Of a DNA stretch of 22,671 nucleotides, positions 1 to 7,770 are shown piece after piece. Location of the stretch: NCBI GenBank assembly GCA_049971295.1, contig JBMFLH010000008.1, forward strand, positions 1 through 22,671, given 5' to 3'. The position numbers and the translations under genes are program-made. This stretch comes from Candidatus Ratteibacteria bacterium (lineage in GTDB: Bacteria > Ratteibacteria > UBA8468 > B48-G9 > DTJG01). Position 1 is the first letter of the stretch. Every line of letters starts with the position of its first letter. Under the pieces are notes generated by a model that saw only the letters and a list, made by a program, of their open reading frames with translations, did not search any database and was not told the DNA's origin.

Positions 1-215
1 CATTACTATATTTTTGACGTCAAATTAGTATTACTTAATTTTTGCAGAGTTACGGATGATTTACTGAAAATTCTGCTACCTTTGTTATTTGCGGTAATTG
101 AGAATAAAGTTTTGGAATTCTTGCTTCGTATTCAGCAAGAAAGGGTTGAATTCCACTGTACAGAAGGCAACAACCAGCAATGAAAAATAAAAGTATTATT
201 TTTTCATCAAATCAT

Positions 216-1616
216 TCACTCTGGCTTGATTCTGCAAAAGATACCTTCTGCCTTTCCATTATTTGTATCCAGAGCTATTGTAATTGTATTTTTTCCATGT
301 CGAACATTGATGGGAACTTTTGTTTGGTCTGCAATTGCTGGATTTGTTCCTTTTCCTGAAAATACCCTTTCTCCATTAAACCATACGACCACAGGCCCAT
401 CATAGCCAATGTACATTTTTGCATTTTCCATTGGACCAAGTTCAATGTCAGTTGTGAAGTAAATCACGCCTGTTTTTCCTTTTGTAAATTTTCCGGCATC
501 AACAAATCCAATGGCTGACATTGGTACACCCTTTTTCATATCTTTTTCCTGGTATGCAGAGATTTTTTTCCAGCGAGTGCCCTTGTCCCTTGCATCGCAA
601 TATTCTACCTTGTCCAGGGATATTTCTTTTACATCTGAAATCATCCATTCTTTGATAAAATCTTCTCTACCAGAGGAAAACATTGCTTCAACCAGGTATA
701 TGTCAGGATGGCTGAATTGCTCGATATCAGGGTCTTCTGGCGCAGTATGACCTGAATAATAAGAAAACCAGAATTTTGATGTATTTTCAGGGTCTCTTGC
801 CACTCCCATGTAAGAAAGATCAAAGCCAGGGCCTGATGGCAGCACCAATCTTAATACAGGCTTGTTTTTCACAATTCTGAATACTCCGACGTGCGTGATA
901 TCTGGTTGTAAAAACCACCTTCCTGAAATCCAGATTTCATCATTTACAATCCAGAGACATGGGCCAAGAAGAGGAATATCAAGTCGCACCATACTCCATA
1001 TTCTATAAGGTGGTTTGCTCCGGCATAAATAGGGCTTTTTAGTTTTATCATCACACCTCATTAACATCACCGCTATACCGTTTCTCAAGAAATCGAGATA
1101 ACACTCTGTGGGCATCTGGCTTCCTTTATGAATGTCGTATTCCCTTTCCCACTTAATTCCATCATCGCTTTCAAACCAGGACACTGTAGATGTTTTTCTC
1201 CAGTTAAATTCGCCATATCCAGCGCAATAGTATTTCCCTTTGTAAAATTGTGGTCTCCACAAAATAAATCCATCTGTACCTTCCATCTTTGTCCATTCGC
1301 TCCAGTTTCTTCCATCTTCTGAAAACGCCGTATAAGAACTTCGTTCTGTACCTGCTTCAAATCCTACAACAAAAAGTTTTTCTCCATCTGAGTAAAGATG
1401 GGCGTCTCTGGCATCACTGTTTTTCCTGAATGTGGCGACATGTTCAAAGTGTTTTCCCTCGTCATCGCTTCGTAGTACGATAATCTTCCCTGTGGGGTCA
1501 GCATGAGCAGCGCCCTGCCTGTAAGCCACGTATAAAGCGCCCTTGAAAAAACATGCGCCAGTAAAGGCATTGTGATTGGCATCACGTGTTATTCTTCTGA
1601 TGCTTTTCACATACAT
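216..1616 (-). CDS. Asp-box (BNR) beta-propeller, exo-alpha-sialidase-like protein with a C-terminal beta-sandwich (carbohydrate-binding/PA14-like) domain
   Basis: 466 aa ORF with GGAGG RBS. N-terminal HNAFT motif and Asp-box-like motifs SDDEGKHF, SEDGRNW, SDDGIKW. The C-terminal ~150 aa has a beta-sandwich pattern (YIGYDGPVVVWFNGERVF...VRHGKNTITIAL). No signal peptide. Confidence 0.7.
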   Translation of the reverse strand: MYVKSIRRITRDANHNAFTGACFFKGALYVAYRQGAAHADPTGKIIVLRSDDEGKHFEHVATFRKNSDARDAHLYSDGEKLFVVGFEAGTERSSYTAFSEDGRNWSEWTKMEGTDGFILWRPQFYKGKYYCAGYGEFNWRKTSTVSWFESDDGIKWEREYDIHKGSQMPTECYLDFLRNGIAVMLMRCDDKTKKPYLCRSKPPYRIWSMVRLDIPLLGPCLWIVNDEIWISGRWFLQPDITHVGVFRIVKNKPVLRLVLPSGPGFDLSYMGVARDPENTSKFWFSYYSGHTAPEDPDIEQFSHPDIYLVEAMFSSGREDFIKEWMISDVKEISLDKVEYCDARDKGTRWKKISAYQEKDMKKGVPMSAIGFVDAGKFTKGKTGVIYFTTDIELGPMENAKMYIGYDGPVVVWFNGERVFSGKGTNPAIADQTKVPINVRHGKNTITIALDTNNGKAEGIFCRIKPE

Positions 1617-1629
1617 GTTTCCTCCATAT

Positions 1630-3330
1630 TTATACTACCAGAAGTTCTACACTTACCACCCTTATTGTTTCCTTTTTTCTTTCTTCATTTTGATACCACG
1701 AGTGACTTCCATTCATCACAACGATGCTATTGTACCCCTGTCTGATGTTTTTTGCGTCAAACTCAAAATTAAACGCTGTATGCTCTGGAACATGATGGGT
1801 ATAACCACCGACAGCGCATAACAGGCGATCTGTTTGTTGTCCTTTGAAATTGGGCCAGGATCCATTGAAACTGACACCAGTTGGTGGAATTTTTTCCTGT
1901 TTTTCAATAACAACCTGAATTGTCAATTTCATGTTTTTATTTTCTGGCTCTTTCATCATGGGAAGTAAAAACTCTTTTCTGCATTGCGGTTCAATATGGG
2001 CAGGAATTTGGCCGGCTGACTCAAAAAAATTGTGGACATAAAATCCAACGCCAGATGAAAATGTATAAAACTTTGGTTTTCCCTTAAGAAAATCAATATC
2101 GTGTAAATTTTTCAATGAGGCATAATCAGCAAAACAATTTGCCTGTTCCCATGGCCAGTGTCCTGGTGTATCAGCGCAGAAAAAGTTAAATGTTTCTATT
2201 CCATCACAACCAAGAGCAAGTTTTCCTGCTGCATTACCTCTCAATATTTCAGGGCTGAAGGCAGACAGTCGATATCCGCGGCTATCTGAGGCACCAATAT
2301 AAGTATTTGCACCTGCGCCTGGAAAATAAACCATCAACCAGTTTGTTCCAAGTTCAATGACTCCATACACAGCAATATTTTCACCAAGTTGCTGCTTTAT
2401 TCTGTCACAGGGTATATCCCAGCTTGTCTGCCATGTATTCGTGGGACAGACAAAATCAATAAGTCCCTGCCTTGCCATTTCAGGTATATCAATTCCAATC
2501 TGCCTCAACTGTTCAAATGTTCCAGCGTATCTGATGCCCATGTAAAATGGCTTTCTGGTGTCCTTTGATTTTTTCTCGCAGATTTCCCTGATTTCAGCAT
2601 GCCACTGAGTGATTGTTTTTATTGCCTTTTCACTCGCAGGGACCTCACAGCACAGAGGCCATCTTGTCCAGTCCAGTTCGATTCCTTCAAAATCATAGTT
2701 TTCGATACAATCTTGAATCAGTACCTTCATATAATCGCGGACCTGGATTTTTTCAAAATTAAGGCCCTGCCAGGAGACAGACGGTGGTTCCTGGGGATTG
2801 CTTGTTGTTCCTTTCAGCCGCATCTGTGGGTCTTTGAATAGCTTACAGTTCATAAAGTCAAATTCAGGCATTAAACTTGCTCCATGCATATCATTCATTC
2901 TAATTGAGACCCAGGGAGTGATGTGATTTCTTCTGCATGCTTTTGTTGATTCATGAAGCCAGTCAACTCCATCTTCAACAAGGTCAAGGTATCTATCCAT
3001 CAATATCACCATCTCATCGAGATATCTTTCAACCTGCTGTCTGGTCATGGGTTGGCCTAAAAGATGCCCGAAGAAAAATGTCTTGTCTCCTCTCTTATAG
3101 CCATCAAGATTTGTTTCAACCACTTTGCTTGGATACCAGGCAACCTGAGCATTGCTATTGACCACAAGTGTATCAACCCCGCTTTCAGCAAGAATATCAA
3201 TACAATGGTGGATGTGCTTTGCACTGAACAAGCGGTTTTCAGGATAATACCATGAACTTTTTTTGTTGTACCTATAGAAAAAGCCATTGCAGTCAACATT
3301 GAACAGATTTTTATTCTTATCCGGCTTCAT
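1630..3330 (-). CDS. Putative glycoside hydrolase, GHL10-like TIM-barrel protein with C-terminal beta domain
   Basis: 566 aa ORF with GGAGAG RBS. Motifs VAWYPSK, WVSIRMNDMH and YDFEGIELDWTR resemble the glycosyl hydrolase-like 10 family. Lies in an operon with a GH3. No signal peptide. Confidence 0.6.
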   Translation of the reverse strand: MKPDKNKNLFNVDCNGFFYRYNKKSSWYYPENRLFSAKHIHHCIDILAESGVDTLVVNSNAQVAWYPSKVVETNLDGYKRGDKTFFFGHLLGQPMTRQQVERYLDEMVILMDRYLDLVEDGVDWLHESTKACRRNHITPWVSIRMNDMHGASLMPEFDFMNCKLFKDPQMRLKGTTSNPQEPPSVSWQGLNFEKIQVRDYMKVLIQDCIENYDFEGIELDWTRWPLCCEVPASEKAIKTITQWHAEIREICEKKSKDTRKPFYMGIRYAGTFEQLRQIGIDIPEMARQGLIDFVCPTNTWQTSWDIPCDRIKQQLGENIAVYGVIELGTNWLMVYFPGAGANTYIGASDSRGYRLSAFSPEILRGNAAGKLALGCDGIETFNFFCADTPGHWPWEQANCFADYASLKNLHDIDFLKGKPKFYTFSSGVGFYVHNFFESAGQIPAHIEPQCRKEFLLPMMKEPENKNMKLTIQVVIEKQEKIPPTGVSFNGSWPNFKGQQTDRLLCAVGGYTHHVPEHTAFNFEFDAKNIRQGYNSIVVMNGSHSWYQNEERKKETIRVVSVELLVV

Positions 3331-3339
3331 TTTTCTCTC

Positions 3340-4398
3340 CTATCGTTGTCCATATTTTCTCACTGCATCAAAGTAAAACAACGCATTATCAATTGGAACA
3401 TTTGGTGGTATGTGATTTCCAACAGCCATAATAAATCCAGGGCAATTTTTTGCAGTATTCATGCACCTTAATACTTCTTTTTCAATGTCCTGTTTTGTTC
3501 CATAGGTCAAAATTCTGCAATCAGCATTACCAACAATCACATGTGTTTTACCATATTTTTTTACGATAAGTTCGAGGTCAGTCAGTGGTTCAAAAATAAA
3601 TCCATCAGCGCCTGCATTTGCAATATCGTCAACAAACTCAGTAAAATTTCCATCAGAGCAGAAAAGCACCTTTATTCCTTCTGATTTTAAGACATCCCAC
3701 AGTTTCCTGTATCTGGGAAAGATGTATTTTCTGTACCAGACAGGATTGAAAATAGCGCCATTTGACCAGACCATATCGTCATGACAGATGAAAGCAAAAG
3801 GTTTCACCTTTGCCCACGCTCTGAAGTTTGCAAGGGAAAGTTGAAAAAATCCTTCAATCACATAATCTCCAAATCTTTCAGGCTCAGTACCCACTCCCTC
3901 AAGAAACATTTCCCATCCAAAACTGGCAATGCAGCCAGAAACAATGGTTTTATAATAACCAGCTGTAACAAAAACATCAGGATGAACATTTTGGGCATTC
4001 TTAAGAGATTTACTGAAATATTCTGCTCGCTCATTGATATCAGGTATCCCATATTCTTGCGCTGCATCAAAATTCAATACTTCATCTACTGATTTGAAAG
4101 GACAGGGCTTTGGTTTTCTATAATCAATTCCGCCTTCGGCATACACAGCGTGTCCCATGTCTGTTGTTCTACCAACTTTTGACCAGTCCACAGGACCATC
4201 ATTTGTACTCCATATGAAGTCGTAGGGAACCCACTCATAAAATTTTTTGTAAGCATTTGTTGCTTCGTCGGGATTGGGACTTTGCGGGTCAAGACCAGTG
4301 ATATGTTTAATCAATGAACGATGGCCGCAGTATTCTGTTCTACCAACCCTTTCAGTAAATTGAAGATTTACAATCTTTTTGAATATCTCAATGGACAT
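3340..4398 (-). CDS. Uroporphyrinogen decarboxylase (URO-D)/cobalamin-dependent methyltransferase family protein, not canonical HemE
   Basis: 352 aa, AGGAG RBS. Motifs HDDMVWSNG..FNP.WYRKYIFP, LFCSDGN, GNADC..L..GT, PGFIMAVGNHIPPNVP. Lacks the HemE WxMRQAGR motif. Confidence 0.85.
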   Translation of the reverse strand: MSIEIFKKIVNLQFTERVGRTEYCGHRSLIKHITGLDPQSPNPDEATNAYKKFYEWVPYDFIWSTNDGPVDWSKVGRTTDMGHAVYAEGGIDYRKPKPCPFKSVDEVLNFDAAQEYGIPDINERAEYFSKSLKNAQNVHPDVFVTAGYYKTIVSGCIASFGWEMFLEGVGTEPERFGDYVIEGFFQLSLANFRAWAKVKPFAFICHDDMVWSNGAIFNPVWYRKYIFPRYRKLWDVLKSEGIKVLFCSDGNFTEFVDDIANAGADGFIFEPLTDLELIVKKYGKTHVIVGNADCRILTYGTKQDIEKEVLRCMNTAKNCPGFIMAVGNHIPPNVPIDNALFYFDAVRKYGQR

Positions 4399-4405
4399 GG
4401 TTCTC

Positions 4406-6523
4406 CTATTTTAATTCAAAAGTTGTTTTTAATCCTTCTGCGCTATTTTTACCTACCATGACCTCAAATAATCCTGACTCTGTAATTGGCTTGAAATTCT
4501 CATCAAGAAAAGACAAATCGCTTTCTTCCAGAATGAATTCAATCTTTGTTTTTTCCCCTGGCTTCAGATGAATCTTTGAAAATCTCTTCAATTCTTTTAC
4601 AGGTCGTATGATAGAGCTGACGATGTCCCTGATATAAAGTTGTACGACTTCATCGCCTTCGTAATTGCCTGAGTTTTCCACCTCAACTGACACCCTGATA
4701 TTACCATTTCTTGAAAACTTTTCAGGAGAAACTTTGATATTTTTATACTCAAATTGCGTATAACTGAGACCATAACCAAAAGGAAACATTGGTTGGAATC
4801 CCCTTACTTCCACATAGTCGTACGTTCTCAAACAGGGCAGGTGATTATAGTAAAGAGGAAGTTGTCCTGTGTATTTAGGAAAGGTAATAGGAAGTTTACC
4901 TCCTGGATTGCGATTACCAAAAACAATGTTTGCCACCGCATTTCCTCCTTCTTCCCCTGGATACCAGGCTTCCAGTATTGCATCAACACTGTCAAACCAG
5001 TTTGCCATCGTAACAGCGCTACCATTGATGAGTACCACAATAACCGGTGTTCCTGTGTCAGCAACAGCTTTGATTAAATCTTCCTGAACTCCAGGAAGAT
5101 TAAGATTGCACCTGTCTCTGTTTTCTCCTTCTGTTTCAGCAGAGTTTCCCACCACCACTATTGCAACATCTGCCCTTGCTGCAATAGAAACTGCCTTTGA
5201 AAAGCCGGATTTATTCTTATCATTGACCTTACAGCCCTCAGTAAAATACAGTTTTGTTCTTTTTGAAATGTGATTTTTTATTCCCTCAAAAACAGTGACA
5301 ACCTTCATTCCAGAACCACTGTAACCGCCGAGTCGGATTGCATCTGCATTGGGCCCTATGACAGCAATTGAACCAATATCTTTTGAAAGCGGAAGAACCC
5401 CATTGTTTTTCAATAGCACCATACATTTTTCAGCCACTTCCAGAGCAAATTGTCTGTGTTTATCACAATCACAGATTAAAGTCGCTTCTTCTGGGTCTGA
5501 GTATGGATTTTCAAAAAGCCCAAGCCAGATTTTTCCTCTTAAAACCCTTTCCACTGCCCGGTCAATGATTGATTCAGAAATCTTTCCTTCTTTTGCAAGT
5601 CGTACAAGATGCAAAAAACAGGGAGAGGCAGGGATTTCTATGTCAAGACCTGCTTTAAGAGCAAGATTTCCTGCTTCAGCAAGTGTATCAGCAACCCTGT
5701 GGTTTCTATACAAACCCCCTACGCTTCCATAATCTGACACAACAAATCCTTCAAATGCCCACTCATTTCTTAACACATCTGTAAGAAGCCATTTATTTGA
5801 GGACGAAGGTATTCCATTGATTGAATTATAGGCTGCCATCAATGACCATGCTTTTGCTTCCATGATACTGGCTTTGAAAGCAGGGAAAAATACTTCCCTC
5901 AAGATTCTTTCAGAAAAAAAAGTTGGACCGCTGTCTCTTCCACCGTCTCCTGCAAAATCAGCGGCAAAATGCTTTGGAGTTGCAATCACCTTTTCGCTTT
6001 GCAATCCCTTGATAAATGCAACCGCCATCTGCGAAGTAAGATATGGGTCTTCTCCATAAGTTTCTTCCACCCTGCCATGTCTTGCGTCCCTTGCAATGTT
6101 GATTGTTGGAGAAAGCGCCTGATGAATTCCTCTTGCCCTTGTTTCCTTTCCTATAATTTTTGCCACCCGATACATCATATCAGGGTCCCAGCCACTTGCA
6201 AGGCCAATTGCTTGAGGAAAACTTGTTGATTTTTTTGCCATGCATCCATGAAGACATTCGTCGTGGATAATGACAGGAATTTTTGAACTACTTTTTTCTA
6301 CTGCAATTTTTTGTATTTCATTGGAAATTTTTGTTCCCTGTTCTGGATCAAATGGCCTTAAAATCGGACTGATGTGACCTGCTCCATTCTTTAACTGAAC
6401 ATTTGCCTTTGATTGAGAAAACTGCTCTTTTTCAAGCAATTCATTTCTTTCAATGCAGGTTAACTGCGCCACTTTTTCCTCAATACTCATTTTGCCGAGA
6501 AGTTTCTTAATCCTTTCTTCCAT
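4406..6523 (-). CDS. bglX: GH3 beta-glucosidase/beta-xylosidase (BglX-like) with C-terminal Fn3 domain
   Basis: 705 aa. Motifs HDECLHG, ARDARHGRVEETYGEDP, KHF, FEGFVVSDY (nucleophile Asp), IAVIGPNAD, EGENRDR, PGGKLPITFP, FPFGYGLSY and Fn3 GDEVVQLY..RPVKELKRF. No signal peptide. Confidence 0.93.
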   Translation of the reverse strand: MEERIKKLLGKMSIEEKVAQLTCIERNELLEKEQFSQSKANVQLKNGAGHISPILRPFDPEQGTKISNEIQKIAVEKSSSKIPVIIHDECLHGCMAKKSTSFPQAIGLASGWDPDMMYRVAKIIGKETRARGIHQALSPTINIARDARHGRVEETYGEDPYLTSQMAVAFIKGLQSEKVIATPKHFAADFAGDGGRDSGPTFFSERILREVFFPAFKASIMEAKAWSLMAAYNSINGIPSSSNKWLLTDVLRNEWAFEGFVVSDYGSVGGLYRNHRVADTLAEAGNLALKAGLDIEIPASPCFLHLVRLAKEGKISESIIDRAVERVLRGKIWLGLFENPYSDPEEATLICDCDKHRQFALEVAEKCMVLLKNNGVLPLSKDIGSIAVIGPNADAIRLGGYSGSGMKVVTVFEGIKNHISKRTKLYFTEGCKVNDKNKSGFSKAVSIAARADVAIVVVGNSAETEGENRDRCNLNLPGVQEDLIKAVADTGTPVIVVLINGSAVTMANWFDSVDAILEAWYPGEEGGNAVANIVFGNRNPGGKLPITFPKYTGQLPLYYNHLPCLRTYDYVEVRGFQPMFPFGYGLSYTQFEYKNIKVSPEKFSRNGNIRVSVEVENSGNYEGDEVVQLYIRDIVSSIIRPVKELKRFSKIHLKPGEKTKIEFILEESDLSFLDENFKPITESGLFEVMVGKNSAEGLKTTFELK

Positions 6524-6636
6524 AATTCCCCCTGGTAAATTTCATATTTTGACTGGTTTTATTCAACTTGATTGTTTGTAGATTTAACATATTGAAAAAA
6601 TTTGTCAAGAGACAAGAATATTTAGTCACAGACATC

Positions 6637-6848
6637 GTTGTCATCCTGACTTAACGAAGATTGAAGAAGCAATTAAAATAGTCGGTATGCCTTTCTTTCA
6701 ATCTCAGGGAGAATTTTACGATGCTCCGAAAGGCATACCGGCCATGGAGGTAGCGTCTAATAAAATGTGTCAGATAAACAGATTAGAAGCAAGAAAGATG
6801 TTGATTGAGACCTATAATGAGACCCAGAGTATAAAAGCTACCGCCCGC
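6637..6848 (+). mobile_element. 5' remnant of an IS481-like insertion sequence (possible left end, 5' hairpin, first ~28 codons of an HTH transposase)
   Basis: MCQINRLEARKMLIETYNETQSIKATAR (from ATG 6765) resembles, from recollection, the N-terminal HTH of IS481-type transposases and stops mid-HTH. Upstream are GGAGG (6746-6750), a 15-bp inverted repeat and a TGT-starting candidate end (TGTCATCCTGACTTAAC, 6639-6655). Confidence 0.5.
6681..6742. repeat. 15-bp inverted repeat (stem-loop) in the IS leader
   Basis: GTCGGTATGCCTTTC (6681-6695) pairs with GAAAGGCATACCGGC (6728-6742) with one G-U wobble and a 32-nt loop. Confidence 0.85.
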
Positions 6849-6990
6849 ACTAAAGTTATGGGTAGTGTTTTCACTAATGAAAAAAGTTGTAATCAGATTA
6901 TATATGGGGTTACTCAATATCTTAATGAAAACTGGGCAGAGAAAAACAGGAACGCCCAAAATGAATTTATACAAAATGCTTGACATTACC
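6846..6990 (+). mobile_element. 3' remnant of an IS256-family element (transposase C-terminus plus right inverted repeat)
   Basis: RTKVMGSVFTNEKSCNQIIYGVTQYLNENW matches the IS256 transposase C-terminal pattern RRTKVxGxFPNxxSxxRL...W. The ORF stops inside TTTATACAAAATGCTTGACATTACC, a typical IS256-family right end. Confidence 0.8.
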
Positions 6991-7017
6991 GGATGTTGTC
7001 AAAGTAATTTTGTATAA
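6967..7017. repeat. Two abutted, inverted IS256-like terminal repeats
   Basis: TTATACAAAATGCTTGACATTACC (6967-6990) is followed directly by GGATGTTGTCAAAGTAATTTTGTATAA (6991-7017). The reverse complement of the second copy shares TTATACAAAAT and TTGACA with the first. Confidence 0.75.
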
Positions 7018-7277
7018 CCGGGAAAAACTAATCTTTTTTAATTTTTTTATATTTTTCCATTTTCACCTTCTCCTGTTTTCTTCTCTTGTCTCCTCCTATT
7101 CCTCTGAGGAAAAAAATTAAGGTGAGGGTACCTCTAAAAACCCAAAACACGAAACCGTAAAAAGGATAAATTGCTGATTTCTTTGGGGTTAGGTTTTCCT
7201 TGAAATCTTTCACAGATTTTCTTTTATAAAGACAGGATTTTATTCCGCTTCACAGTTGAAACATTTCCCGCAATTGC

Positions 7278-7306
7278 TTGAAACTTGGTTTTGATTCAGT
7301 TATCAT
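7278..7306 (+). promoter_or_regulatory. Putative sigma70 promoter of tRNA-Arg
   Basis: TTGAAA (7278-7283), 17-nt spacer, TATCAT (7301-7306), 9 nt upstream of the tRNA. Confidence 0.6.
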
Positions 7307-7315
7307 ATAAATAAA

Positions 7316-7390
7316 GCCCCTGTAGCTCAGTTAGGATAGAGCAGCGGTTTCCTAAACCGCGTGCCGCCTGTTCGAGTCAGGCCAGGGGCA
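7316..7390 (+). tRNA. tRNA-Arg (anticodon CCT), CCA not encoded
   Basis: Acceptor stem GCCCCTG/CAGGGGC plus discriminator A. D-arm GCTC...GAGC. Anticodon stem GCGGT/ACCGC with loop TTCCTAA. T-arm GCCTG-TTCGAGT-CAGGC. Confidence 0.97.
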
Positions 7391-7427
7391 CGTTTTTATG
7401 CTAAAATAACCAGAACCAGAGGTGCAT

Positions 7428-7763
7428 ATGAAAAAAACATCAGAATCTATTGAAAAGTTCAGAAAAGGGGATTCAGGTCCGAAATATCTTTTCAGGGGAC
7501 CTCACTGTGAATGGGGAATTATTGTTTTGAAACCAGGTGAAAAGATGGGAGCACACGGACACAATTCAGTGGTTGAAGATTTCTTTTTCCTTGAAGGTAG
7601 CCCGAACATTATTGTCTCAGGTCAACAGCAAAGGGTCTTTCCAGGCGATGCAGTCAGAGTAGAGTCGGGTGAAGCGCATGATATCATCAATGATACACAA
7701 CAACAAGTGAAACTCGTCTTCATTAAAGCACCGTATCTTCCTGATGACAAATATTCCTGCTGA
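7428..7763 (+). CDS. Cupin domain protein (Cupin_2)
   Basis: 111 aa from ATG 7428 after GAGGTG. Cupin motif 1 GAHGHNSVVEDFFFLEG and motif 2 GDAVRVESGEAHDI supply H-H-E-H metal ligands. Confidence 0.9.
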   Translation: MKKTSESIEKFRKGDSGPKYLFRGPHCEWGIIVLKPGEKMGAHGHNSVVEDFFFLEGSPNIIVSGQQQRVFPGDAVRVESGEAHDIINDTQQQVKLVFIKAPYLPDDKYSC

Positions 7764-7770
7764 AAGTACT

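Noticed and set aside
3340..4398. Calling any of the URO-D-family genes hemE
   Set aside because: All three lack the WxMRQAGR substrate-binding motif and there are no heme biosynthesis neighbours.
6580..6608. Minus-strand promoter for the glycosidase operon (perfect TTGACA at 6608-6603)
   Set aside because: No convincing -10 hexamer at 16-18 nt spacing, so not reported as a feature.
7028..7213. 61-aa minus-strand ORF next to the IS end
   Set aside because: Low-complexity Lys/Phe-rich translation with no recognisable motif. More likely IS leader or intergenic DNA.
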